Part shown: positions 17,840-26,779 of the stretch, in pieces | Position numbering within the stretch: position 1 is the stretch's first letter | Layout of the letters: each line of letters starts with the position of its first letter | Assembly: GCA_963845565.1 (NCBI GenBank) | Contig: CAWJSJ010000001.1 | Span: 448,001-512,000 of the forward strand | Reading direction: 5' to 3' | Source: an uncultured Methylomirabilota bacterium | GTDB taxonomy: Bacteria > Methylomirabilota > Methylomirabilia > Methylomirabilales > 2-02-FULL-66-22 | Length of the DNA stretch: 64,000 nucleotides | The notes under the pieces: generated by a model | The model's input: only the letters and a program-made list of their open reading frames with translations | Told to the model about the DNA's origin: nothing | The model's database searches: none | Translations under genes and position numbers: made by a program

Positions 17840-18562
17840 ATGAGGCTCCGCTTCGCTGCGATCGCGGCGCTGGGGTTGTCCTGGTGGACCCCTGGGGGAC
17901 CGGCGGCGGCGCCTGCCCCTGCTCCGATTGAGGGCAAGGAGCGAATCGAGGTTATCGAGCGCCTCCAGACGCAGCAGCGACAGATTACGAGTCTTCGGGC
18001 CACGGTTGTGCAGAGGAGGCGGCACCCGCTCCTGACCGCCGAGGCGGTGAGCGAGGGCACCTTGCTCTTCCAGAAACCCAACCGGGTTCGGTGGGAGGTG
18101 GACAAACCGGATCGGGCCGTCATGGTGATCGACGGGCGCTCGTTGATGACCTATCGCCCCGACAGGCAGGAGGCCGAGCGAAGGGATTTCGGGGCGGATT
18201 TCGGCGCCCGCGCGGCCGTGGAGTTTCTCGCCTCGGGAATGAGTCTTGCGGTGCCCGAACTCGAGAAGCGGTTCCAGGTGGACATGCACCGGGAGGACGG
18301 GATCTTGGTCCTCGTGCTCACGCCCCGATCCCGATGGGCGGCGAAGGCGGTCGCGTCGGTGGCGCTCTATCGGCAAGCGCAGGACGCGGTGCCCAGCCGG
18401 ATCGTGATCTCCGGCCAGCCGGGCGATCGGACGGAGATCACGCTGACCGATATCGTCATCAATCCCCCGGTTGCCGAGGACGCGTTTACCCTCCGTCTTG
18501 GGCCGGGGGTCCGGGTGACGGACATCAGCAGACCGGGAGGAGAGAAGGGCAGTGACCGTTAG
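17840..18562 (+). CDS. LolA-like outer-membrane lipid/lipoprotein carrier
   Basis: Signal peptide, S.G.L.F.KP.R.RWE..KP..MVIDG, C-terminal IN......F. Confidence 0.82.
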   Translation: MRLRFAAIAALGLSWWTPGGPAAAPAPAPIEGKERIEVIERLQTQQRQITSLRATVVQRRRHPLLTAEAVSEGTLLFQKPNRVRWEVDKPDRAVMVIDGRSLMTYRPDRQEAERRDFGADFGARAAVEFLASGMSLAVPELEKRFQVDMHREDGILVLVLTPRSRWAAKAVASVALYRQAQDAVPSRIVISGQPGDRTEITLTDIVINPPVAEDAFTLRLGPGVRVTDISRPGGEKGSDR

Positions 18563-19655
18563 GCCGTCCGCCACCTGCGGGGTGATCGAGCTTCCGGTGC
18601 GCCGAATCCACCTGGAATTGACGAACCGGTGCAACTTCGCCTGCGAGTTCTGCCCAGACGATCGCATGGTTCGGCCTCGCGGCGCCATGCCGCTCTCCCT
18701 GGTCGAGCGTCTGCTGGCGCAAGCCGGCCGGGACCGTGTCGCCCGGGAGGCGCACTTCCACGTCATGGGGGAACCGCTGCTCTATCCCGCGCTGACCGAC
18801 GCGGTCCGCCTTGCCCGCGGCAGCGGGCTGGAGGCGTGGCTGACCACGAACGGGAGCCTGTTGACCCCGGACCTGCTGACGGACCTCCGGGACGCCGGCC
18901 TCTCCCACCTGACTATCTCGCTGCAGACGCCCGATGGCCCCACCTTCGGCCTGCGTGGGTCCCATCGCCTCTCCTTTGCGGAGTACCAGGAGCGGATGGT
19001 TGGCGCAGTGCGCCGCTTTCTGGCGGACGAGTCGGGGATGCACCTTTCGGTCTGCTTTTTGTCCAATCCGCTGCGCCGGTTCCATGCCCCGGGCGCGGCC
19101 CGGCTGCGCGTGGCCGAGTCCGGGAAGGAGTTGCGCGCGCACATGGCGCGTTGGGTGGACGAGATCTTCGGCGGTACGGCCTTCGAGCGCCAGGTGCCGG
19201 AACTCCGCGCTCGGATCCGGAAGGCCGGCATCTTGAAGGAAGGCTGCATCCCCCTGACCGCACACCTTGACTTCCGGGTCCGCGTCCTGGGGAACTGGGC
19301 GGGGCACTTCGCAGGTCCTTTCGTTCCCGCCCGGTTCGGCTACTGCCCGGGGCTGGCCGAGCAGTTCGGGGTCCTGTGGAACGGGGACTACGTGATCTGC
19401 TGCGCGGATTACGACGGACGAACGGCCTTGGCGAACGCCTCGGAAACCTCAGTGGTGGAGTATCTGTCGCTGCCCGCGGTGCAGGAGATCGCGGGTGGCT
19501 TCCGACGGCATCGCGTCATCCACCCGCATTGCCGGCAGTGTCTCGGGGATCGGCACCCGGTGAGTTCCTTCCTGCGGCAGGCCGGATCGATCGTCTATTT
19601 CAAGGTCTACCGGAAGTTCATGAAGGATGGAGTCACAGGGCGGGGCACGGCATGA
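18552..19655 (+). CDS. Radical SAM protein with twitch/SPASM domain
   Basis: ELTNRCNFACEFC, GEPLL, TTNG, C-terminal YC....Q.GVLWNGD.V.CC.DY...CRQC. Confidence 0.9.
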   Translation: MTVRPSATCGVIELPVRRIHLELTNRCNFACEFCPDDRMVRPRGAMPLSLVERLLAQAGRDRVAREAHFHVMGEPLLYPALTDAVRLARGSGLEAWLTTNGSLLTPDLLTDLRDAGLSHLTISLQTPDGPTFGLRGSHRLSFAEYQERMVGAVRRFLADESGMHLSVCFLSNPLRRFHAPGAARLRVAESGKELRAHMARWVDEIFGGTAFERQVPELRARIRKAGILKEGCIPLTAHLDFRVRVLGNWAGHFAGPFVPARFGYCPGLAEQFGVLWNGDYVICCADYDGRTALANASETSVVEYLSLPAVQEIAGGFRRHRVIHPHCRQCLGDRHPVSSFLRQAGSIVYFKVYRKFMKDGVTGRGTA

Positions 19656-21007
19656 ACCTCCTGCTCATATCACCACTGACATCCAAGAGCCTGCTGGGGG
19701 CCGATTTCTATTTCCGGATGCCGACGCTGGGCCTGCTGCGGGTCGCCGGCGCGACACCGCCCGAGTGGACGGTGAGTATCCTCGACGAGAAGGCGGAGCC
19801 GATCGATTTCTCGCGCCCGGCGGACCTGGTCGGAATCACGGGGATGACCCCCGCTATCAACCGCGCGTACGAGATTGCCGATGCGTTCCGCGGCCGCGGC
19901 GTGCCCGTGGTGATGGGGGGAATCCATGTCAGCATGTTGCCGGACGAGGCGCTGGCGCATTGCGATGCCGTGGTCATCGGCGAAGCGGAAGGGCTCTGGG
20001 CGCGTCTGCTGGCGGACTTCCGGGAGGGGCGGCTGCAGCGCCGCTACCAGCACACCGCATTTCCGCCCTTGACGCGGCTCGGCAGCCCGCCGTGGCCCCT
20101 CTACGACGGGAAGCGGTACCTGCCGTTTCACTGCGTGGAGACCAGTCGGGGATGCCCGCACGGATGCGATTTCTGTTCCGTGACGAATTACTTCGGAGGA
20201 TGTTACCGCACGCGCCCGCCGGCGGAGGTGGAGGCGGAGATCCGCGGACTGCGCCCCTTCGCGGGGCGATTCACGCTGAAGAACGTCGTCTTCTTCGTGG
20301 ACGACAACATCGCGGGGGACCGCGCCCATGCGTGCGACTTGCTGACCCGGATGATTCCCTATCGGCTCAAGTGGCTTGGCCAGGCGTCGACCGGCATTGC
20401 TCGAGACGACGAGGTGCTGGACCTGTGCCGGAAGAGCGGCTGCATGGGTCTGCTGATCGGTTTCGAGACGCTGTCTCGGGAGCGGCTCAAGGCGGTGCGT
20501 AAGGGATTCAATCGCCCCGACGACTACCTGGACGCCATCCGGAAAATTCACGATTACGGGATCGGCATCAGCGGCGCGTTCGTCTTCGGTCTGGATGGCG
20601 ACGACGAAGGGGTGTTCGACCGGACCTACGAGTTCGTGCAAAAGGCGAGGCTGGAGAGCCCCTACTTGTCTATCCTTACCCCCTACCCCGGGACACGCCT
20701 ACACCGAAAACTTGCGGACGAAGGGCGCATTGTCGATTTGGACTGGTCCAATTACAACACCAACAACGTGGTGTACCGGCCCCAGGGGATGACGGCAGAG
20801 CAGTTGTTCGACGGGTATTTCCAGCTGCAGAAGGCGGTCCACACGGTGCCGGCCATCGTGCAGCGGTTCTGGGGAACCACCTCGCGGGCCAACTTCTGGC
20901 TGCCCATGAATTACGGGTTCCGTCGCTCGGTCCAGAAGCTGGCGGCGCGGTCGCGAGAGTTTCGCCCGGTCGGGTCGGGCTTTACGAACACGACGCCCGC
21001 CGCGTGA
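19652..21007 (+). CDS. B12-binding radical SAM protein (paralogue A)
   Basis: P.LGL..VA..TP, DE, VVMGGIH, IGEAE, TSRGCPHGCDFCSV, FFVDDN, ILTPYPGT. Confidence 0.92.
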   Translation: MNLLLISPLTSKSLLGADFYFRMPTLGLLRVAGATPPEWTVSILDEKAEPIDFSRPADLVGITGMTPAINRAYEIADAFRGRGVPVVMGGIHVSMLPDEALAHCDAVVIGEAEGLWARLLADFREGRLQRRYQHTAFPPLTRLGSPPWPLYDGKRYLPFHCVETSRGCPHGCDFCSVTNYFGGCYRTRPPAEVEAEIRGLRPFAGRFTLKNVVFFVDDNIAGDRAHACDLLTRMIPYRLKWLGQASTGIARDDEVLDLCRKSGCMGLLIGFETLSRERLKAVRKGFNRPDDYLDAIRKIHDYGIGISGAFVFGLDGDDEGVFDRTYEFVQKARLESPYLSILTPYPGTRLHRKLADEGRIVDLDWSNYNTNNVVYRPQGMTAEQLFDGYFQLQKAVHTVPAIVQRFWGTTSRANFWLPMNYGFRRSVQKLAARSREFRPVGSGFTNTTPAA

Positions 21008-22185
21008 CCGTGATGCGATGCGCGCGCGCTTCTCGGATCCTGATCCTGGACGGCTTCTGGAACAAGGCGCTGGCGGGGGTGCGCTCCCTGGGGCGGCGCG
21101 GCTTCTTCGTCGGTGTGGGGGAAAGGACGCGGCTCACCCCCGCGATGTTCTCGCGCTACTGCCGGCGCCGGCTTGTGCACCCCTCCGTCTCCAGGCGGCC
21201 GGATGCGTTCCTGGCGGTGTTGGAGCGGGAGCTCGAGATCGGCGGCTACGATGTGCTCTTGCCCATGGAACTCTCCACGCAACTCCTGGTCACGGCGCAT
21301 CGGGAGCGTCTGGCACCATTGGTGCGGATCCCCTTCGCGGATGCCGAGGCGACCCGCCGCGTCGATGACAAGGGATCGCTCGCCGCGTTCGCAACGGCGC
21401 GCGGGATCGCGTGCCCGGCCACGTTCTTTCCACGGGGGCCGGTGGATGCCGCCGCGATGGCGGGCGAGTTCCCCTATCCGGTCCTCATTAAGCCGCGCCA
21501 TTCCTCGGGCGGGCGGGGGATCGCACGGGTGGAATGCGCCGCGGACTTCGCGACGGCGTATGCCCGGGTCCATGGCCGATCGGCCGCGCCGATCGTGCAG
21601 GAATGTCTCCCCCCGGGCGGGGAGGCCCTGGGTGTGGCCGTACTGATGAACTTCGCCTCGGAACCGAGGGCGTCATTCACCTACCGGCGCCTCCGGGAGT
21701 ATCCGATCACCGGCGGCCCGAGCACGCTTCGAGAGAGCATCTGGGATCCGGCGCTTCAACAGCGCGCGGAACACCTGCTGGCATCGTTGAGCTGGACCGG
21801 GGTGGCCATGGTGGAGTTCAAAGTGGATCCGCGGGACGGCGAACCGAAACTGCTGGAGGTCAATCCCCGTTTCTGGGGCTCGCTCCACCACGCGATTCTC
21901 TGCGGCGTCGATTTTCCGTTCCTCCTGTACCGGTTAGCCATGGACGGGGATGTGGATCGGGTGATGCGATATCAGGTCGGGGTCAGGAGCCGCTCGCTGC
22001 TCCATGGCGACATGATGCATTTTCTGGCGAACCCCAACCGGTGCCACCTGACGCCCAGGCTACACGACTTCTCCATCCCCGATGACGTCCTCTCGGCGGA
22101 TGATCCCTTGCCGACTCTCGGGCGCATCGCGTCCCTGGTGGCACTGGCGCGCGACCGGGAATTGCGCGCACTGGCGTGGAACTGA
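21004..22185 (+). CDS. ATP-grasp ligase
   Basis: DK, PVLIKP..SSGGRG, IVQE.LP, R.REYP.TGGPS, MVEFK, LLEVNPRFWGS. Confidence 0.88.
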   Translation: MTVMRCARASRILILDGFWNKALAGVRSLGRRGFFVGVGERTRLTPAMFSRYCRRRLVHPSVSRRPDAFLAVLERELEIGGYDVLLPMELSTQLLVTAHRERLAPLVRIPFADAEATRRVDDKGSLAAFATARGIACPATFFPRGPVDAAAMAGEFPYPVLIKPRHSSGGRGIARVECAADFATAYARVHGRSAAPIVQECLPPGGEALGVAVLMNFASEPRASFTYRRLREYPITGGPSTLRESIWDPALQQRAEHLLASLSWTGVAMVEFKVDPRDGEPKLLEVNPRFWGSLHHAILCGVDFPFLLYRLAMDGDVDRVMRYQVGVRSRSLLHGDMMHFLANPNRCHLTPRLHDFSIPDDVLSADDPLPTLGRIASLVALARDRELRALAWN

Positions 22186-22186
22186 G

Positions 22187-23242
22187 ATGAGGCGTCGGGA
22201 ACGACGAGCCTGCAGATCGGCAGTGGTCCGCCGCGCATGGACGTTGGCCGCGGTGTTGCTTTTCCTAGGCGGCGCGGCATGTAGTACGACGGACAAGCGC
22301 GTCGGGCCGCAGGTGTACTCGCAGCCCCGCTACGGGATCGATCGGTTCGTCGAGGCAAAAGGCTACCGCCTCCATTACGTGGAGGCGGGTTACGGACCGC
22401 CGGTGGTGCTGATTCCGGGCGCCTTTACGACCTATCGAGCGTGGGACGGTATGCTGCCCGCCCTGTCCGTCCACCACCGGGTTCTTGCGTTCGACTACGT
22501 CGGCGTCGGGGATTCGGACCAACCGAGTGACGGGTTCGGGTATACGTTGGAGGAGCAGGCGGATGTGATGCGGGAGGCGATCGTCACTCTCGGTGTGGTC
22601 GGGACGAGGGTTATCGGTGCGTCGTACGGAGGTGCGGTGGCGTTGAATCTTGCCGCCCGGTATCCGGAACTGGTCAGCCGGGTCGTCTGCATCGAGGGCG
22701 GGGCGCTGATCGCACCCGAGGTGCTGAACTACAGTGCACTCGGACGCCTCATCGATTGGCCCGTGCTGGGGGACATCATCTGGGGGTTCATGAAGTCCGG
22801 TCTCTTCGACACGATCACGGCGCGATCGGTGATGGGGAACGCCTGGGCGGACTTGACGCCGGAAGCCCGCCGCGATGTCACCGGGGTCTTCTCGGCGAAC
22901 ATCATGACCGTGTCGCGGGCGTCGTGGATGGGAATCTACCGAGCGATCACGACTCGGATCGACTTCCTGGAGGCCCTGCAACGCACCCGAACCCCCGTGC
23001 TCTACCTGTACGGGGAGGCGTCGAAGTATCGGGCCGTGGCCGAGGCGAACGCGAGGCAGTTCTCGGAACGCCATCCGACCATCGAAGTGGTGGCGTTCCG
23101 TAACGGGATCCACGACTTGCACCTGCAGTATCCCGAAGAGATCAGCAGGCTGGCCTTGGGCTTCTTCGGGGCGGCGCCGAGCGCGCAGTTGGCCGGCGGG
23201 GGCGCGGCCAAAGCGGAGAGCGCGGCAGTCGTGGGGCCGTGA
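22187..23242 (+). CDS. Alpha/beta hydrolase, predicted lipoprotein
   Basis: Hydrophobic leader ending in GAAC lipobox, D..G.G.S, G-A-S-Y-G nucleophile elbow, GIHDLH. Confidence 0.85.
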   Translation: MRRRERRACRSAVVRRAWTLAAVLLFLGGAACSTTDKRVGPQVYSQPRYGIDRFVEAKGYRLHYVEAGYGPPVVLIPGAFTTYRAWDGMLPALSVHHRVLAFDYVGVGDSDQPSDGFGYTLEEQADVMREAIVTLGVVGTRVIGASYGGAVALNLAARYPELVSRVVCIEGGALIAPEVLNYSALGRLIDWPVLGDIIWGFMKSGLFDTITARSVMGNAWADLTPEARRDVTGVFSANIMTVSRASWMGIYRAITTRIDFLEALQRTRTPVLYLYGEASKYRAVAEANARQFSERHPTIEVVAFRNGIHDLHLQYPEEISRLALGFFGAAPSAQLAGGGAAKAESAAVVGP

Positions 23243-23264
23243 GGTCACCAGGAAAGGGATCGAC

Positions 23265-24620
23265 GTGACACCCTGCGATCATTCGGGACGCCATCCGTTT
23301 CGCATCCTCCTGGTCTCCCCGGTGGACAAGGCCATGCTGGGGCAGGACTTTTACTTCAGATTCCCCCATCTCAGTCTGCCCACGTTGGCCGCCTACACCC
23401 CGGCGGAGGCCTCCGTGGAGATCGTGGATGAAAAGTTTCATCCCTTGCCGGAGGGGCAGGGTTACGATCTGGTCGGCATTTCCGCCATGACCCCGCTCGC
23501 GCCCAAGGCGTATCGCATTGCAGACACGTACCGGCGGCGAGGGATTCCTGTGGTCATGGGCGGGTATCACCCGACCGTGCTGCCGGACGAGGCGCTCGAG
23601 CACGCGGACAGTGTCTGTATCGGGGAAGCGGAGACGCTCTGGTCCACCATCGTGACGGACGCCATGGCCGGCCGACTCAAGGAGCGATACCGCTCCGACG
23701 CGTTTCCCTGCCTCGACAATCTGCCGGCACCCCGGCGGGAGTTGCTGCGGGTTCCCCGCTCCCGGCGGTTCGAGCACATCAACGTGCATTTCGTGCAGAC
23801 GACCCGGGGCTGCCCCTTCCGGTGTTCCTTCTGCGCCGTGACCAGCGTGCTGGGGGGCAAGCTCCGACACCGCCCCGTCGCGGAGATCGAAGCCGAGATC
23901 GAGGCGCTGGGCGTTCGCCGTTTGGACCGAGGCCAGAAGCGCGACCGGTTTCATAACATCATCTTCTTCACCGACGACAACATCGTGGGCCACCGAGGGT
24001 ACTCGCGAGAACTCTTGCGCATGGTCGCTACCTTCAACCTGAAATGGGTCGGACAAGCCTCGACCAACGTAGCCGACCACGAGGAAATCCTCGGCCTTCT
24101 CCGGGATTCGGGCTGCATGGGGCTGGCCGTAGGCTTCGAGACGCTCTCACAGAAGAACATCCGGGACGTCGGTAAGGGCGTGAACCGGACGCAGGAGTAT
24201 CTGGAGCGCATCCGCAAGATCCATTCCTACGGGATCGGGCTCGCGGGGAATTTCATCTTCGGATTCGATCACGACGACGCCACGACTTTTGCCGAGGTGG
24301 TCCGTTTCGTGGATGCGGCCCGGCTCGACGGATTCTACTACTCGCTCCTGACCCCGTATCCGGGGACCCCGTTTTTCGACCAGATGAAAGCCGAGGGCCG
24401 CCTGCTGGAGACGGACTGGTCGCTGTACGACACGGACCACGTGGTGTACCGTCCCCGGCTGATGGATGCCGAAACCCTGATGAAAGGTTATCGCTGGGCC
24501 TGGCGGCGCAGCCTTGAATACCGGAGCATTCTCACCAGGCTCCTGGGCTCGCGGAACCAGCTCATCTTTTTCGGCCCCATGAACTACGGGATGCGCCGTA
24601 CGATCCTGGCGCACCGGTAA
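23265..24620 (+). CDS. B12-binding radical SAM protein (paralogue B)
   Basis: L.LPTLAAYTP, VVMGGYH, IGEAE, QTTRGCPFRCSFCAV, FFTDDN, LLTPYPGT. Visibly similar to 19652..21007. Confidence 0.92.
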   Translation: MTPCDHSGRHPFRILLVSPVDKAMLGQDFYFRFPHLSLPTLAAYTPAEASVEIVDEKFHPLPEGQGYDLVGISAMTPLAPKAYRIADTYRRRGIPVVMGGYHPTVLPDEALEHADSVCIGEAETLWSTIVTDAMAGRLKERYRSDAFPCLDNLPAPRRELLRVPRSRRFEHINVHFVQTTRGCPFRCSFCAVTSVLGGKLRHRPVAEIEAEIEALGVRRLDRGQKRDRFHNIIFFTDDNIVGHRGYSRELLRMVATFNLKWVGQASTNVADHEEILGLLRDSGCMGLAVGFETLSQKNIRDVGKGVNRTQEYLERIRKIHSYGIGLAGNFIFGFDHDDATTFAEVVRFVDAARLDGFYYSLLTPYPGTPFFDQMKAEGRLLETDWSLYDTDHVVYRPRLMDAETLMKGYRWAWRRSLEYRSILTRLLGSRNQLIFFGPMNYGMRRTILAHR

Positions 24621-24656
24621 GGGGGTGGGTCGGACCTCAGAGAGGAGGGAAATGTC

Positions 24657-25634
24657 ATGCGGTGCACAGCGAGAGCGCTTTTCCTCTGTATGGTTGTTTC
24701 GCTCTGCGTTTCGCACACCGTGGCCGCTGAAATCCTCACCAATGAGGCGGTCGTCACGATGGTCAAGGCAGGACTCGGGGACGACGTGATCGTCGGCAAG
24801 GTCCGGCTGACGCAGGGACAGTACGATCTCTCCACCAACGGCCTCCTGCGCCTCAAGGCCGACGGAGTGAGCGAAGCGGTCATCAAAGCCATGATCGAGG
24901 CGTCGGCCGGTGGGGAGGCACCCGGGCCGAAGCCGGTCCAGGCAGCGACGGCTCCCGCGGAGGCAGCGCGTCGCGAAGAGGCGGCCATCGCGCTCTACAA
25001 ACAGGGGAAGATGGCAGAGGCCGCGGCGGCGTTTGACCGGCTGATCGCCGAGAAGCCGGACGACGCCGGACTCAGGGTGTGGAAGGCCCTCACGCTGCTG
25101 GAGCAGGCGCGCGAGATCAAGGACAACAATGCGTCCGGGTACAAACCCCTGGTCATGAACGCCTATGCCATCCTTCAGCCGCTCAAGCCGAGGCTGGCGA
25201 CCAACGCGGATTGGAATTTCGCGATGGCCAAGGCCTTCTGGCTGAACGCCTCGCCCACCTGGGCGAGTCGGGCCGCGGGGAACGCACTCCGCCTGCAGGC
25301 GAATTATCCGGAAGCGCAGCTGCTCCTGGGCGACCTGGCCTATGACAGCGAGGTGAGCTCGCTGAACCAGGCCCCCGGCAGTCCGGGGCGGGAGGCCACA
25401 CTGCGGTGGGCGGGCGCCGCGCCTCGGAGGGAAATCGACAAGGCGCTGGCCATGCCGGACCTGCCCCCATCACTCCGCGCGGAGGCGTTTTACAAGCTCG
25501 GTGTGATCTCGGCGGAATTGCAAGGCAAGTCAGAGACGGCGCGTGAATACTGGGAGCGCGCGGTGGCCGCCGATCCCGCCTGCCGATACGGCCGCATGGC
25601 CCAACGCCGTCTCCAAGCGCCGCCCGCGAAGTGA
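24657..25634 (+). CDS. Secreted TPR-like protein
   Basis: RBS GAGGAGG, signal peptide, LTN..VV.MVKAGL.D..I..K...YDLS...L..LK..GVS..VI.AM domain, TPR-like helices. Confidence 0.7.
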   Translation: MRCTARALFLCMVVSLCVSHTVAAEILTNEAVVTMVKAGLGDDVIVGKVRLTQGQYDLSTNGLLRLKADGVSEAVIKAMIEASAGGEAPGPKPVQAATAPAEAARREEAAIALYKQGKMAEAAAAFDRLIAEKPDDAGLRVWKALTLLEQAREIKDNNASGYKPLVMNAYAILQPLKPRLATNADWNFAMAKAFWLNASPTWASRAAGNALRLQANYPEAQLLLGDLAYDSEVSSLNQAPGSPGREATLRWAGAAPRREIDKALAMPDLPPSLRAEAFYKLGVISAELQGKSETAREYWERAVAADPACRYGRMAQRRLQAPPAK

Positions 25635-26557
25635 TGCACGCGACAGCAAGCGGGGGCCGGACTGCCGCCTCCTGCGGACGGACGCGCGCGGCCCCGCCCT
25701 TTGTCGCCGGCCCTCCTGTTCCGGTGGCGAGTGTGCGAGACCTGAATGCCCTGACGGTGGACCTGGAAGATTGGTACCACGTGTGCGGGGTGAAATCGGT
25801 TGAGGGCCCTCGGCAGTGGGGGGCTTTGGAAAGCCGCGTCGTCCGGAGCACCGAACGCCTTCTTTCGCTCCTGCAGTCGCACGGCATCCGGGCCACGTTC
25901 TTTGTGCTGGGGTATGTCGCCGAGCGGGAGCCGGGCCTGGTGCGTGCCATCGCCCGAGAAGGGCACGAGGTGGGCCTCCACGGGCACGTCCACCGCAGGA
26001 TCTTCGAGATGTCGCCCGCCGAGTTCGACGAGGATCTGGTTCGCGCCCAGGCGGCCGTCTCGGCGGCCGCGGGCACCGACGTGGTCGGCTACCGGGCGCC
26101 GGAGTGGTCTATGCGTCCGCATACCCTGTGGGCCTTGTCGATTCTGAGAAAGCGAGGAATTCTCTACGATTCCAGCATGGTGCCCCTCACCCGGATGGGG
26201 GATCGATCCTTTCCCCGTGTTCCCTGCCGCTTCGACACTCCGAATGGAGAGATCGTGGAGTTTCCGTTGACAACAGTTCGATGTTTCGGCGAAAGTATCC
26301 CCTTCTCGGGGGGGTTGCCTCTGAGGTTGACTCCCTACTTCTTCATCGTGTCGCAGATCCGTCGCCTGAACGCGGCCGGGAAACCCGCACTGGTATATGT
26401 CCATCCCTGGGAATTCGACCTCGAACAGCCGAGGATCGGGCTGCCGTGGAGCCGCAGGTTCATGCACGATTTCAACCTGCCGGCGACCCCACGGAAACTC
26501 TCGGGCCTTCTGACACATTTCCGGTTCGCTCCGATCCGGGAGGTGCTGGTCACTTAA
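25631..26557 (+). CDS. Polysaccharide deacetylase (DUF3473-type)
   Basis: NALTVDLEDWYH, ATFFVLG, HG..H, GYRAP.WS, YDSS, Y.HPWEFD. True start may lie further downstream. Confidence 0.88.
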   Translation: MMHATASGGRTAASCGRTRAAPPFVAGPPVPVASVRDLNALTVDLEDWYHVCGVKSVEGPRQWGALESRVVRSTERLLSLLQSHGIRATFFVLGYVAEREPGLVRAIAREGHEVGLHGHVHRRIFEMSPAEFDEDLVRAQAAVSAAAGTDVVGYRAPEWSMRPHTLWALSILRKRGILYDSSMVPLTRMGDRSFPRVPCRFDTPNGEIVEFPLTTVRCFGESIPFSGGLPLRLTPYFFIVSQIRRLNAAGKPALVYVHPWEFDLEQPRIGLPWSRRFMHDFNLPATPRKLSGLLTHFRFAPIREVLVT

Positions 26558-26779
26558 TTGTGGGATCGACAGTACGCCTCATCACTCGGGATCTTCGTTG
26601 GCGTCGCCGTCGTTTGCCTCATCGGGATCATGTCCCTGCTGCTCTGGCTCGGCTGGGCCGGCGTCGCGGGACTCTCGGCGATCGCGGGCGGATTCTTGGC
26701 CTGGTTCTACTGGGCCCCTCGTCCGGACCTGACCCCGAGGGGCGACGAGCCCGAACCGGATGGGACGCAGCATGACTAG
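26558..26779 (+). CDS. Small two-TM membrane protein
   Basis: 73-aa ORF with two hydrophobic segments, tightly packed between the deacetylase and the ketosynthase. Confidence 0.55.
   Translation: MWDRQYASSLGIFVGVAVVCLIGIMSLLLWLGWAGVAGLSAIAGGFLAWFYWAPRPDLTPRGDEPEPDGTQHD

Noticed and set aside
15718..18123. 801-aa minus-strand ORF, and similar long antisense ORFs (58041..60773, 48184..50004, 55355..57115, 51913..53313)
   Set aside because: These are shadow frames of well-supported plus-strand genes in high-GC DNA. They are Arg/Pro/Gly-rich with no recognisable motifs.
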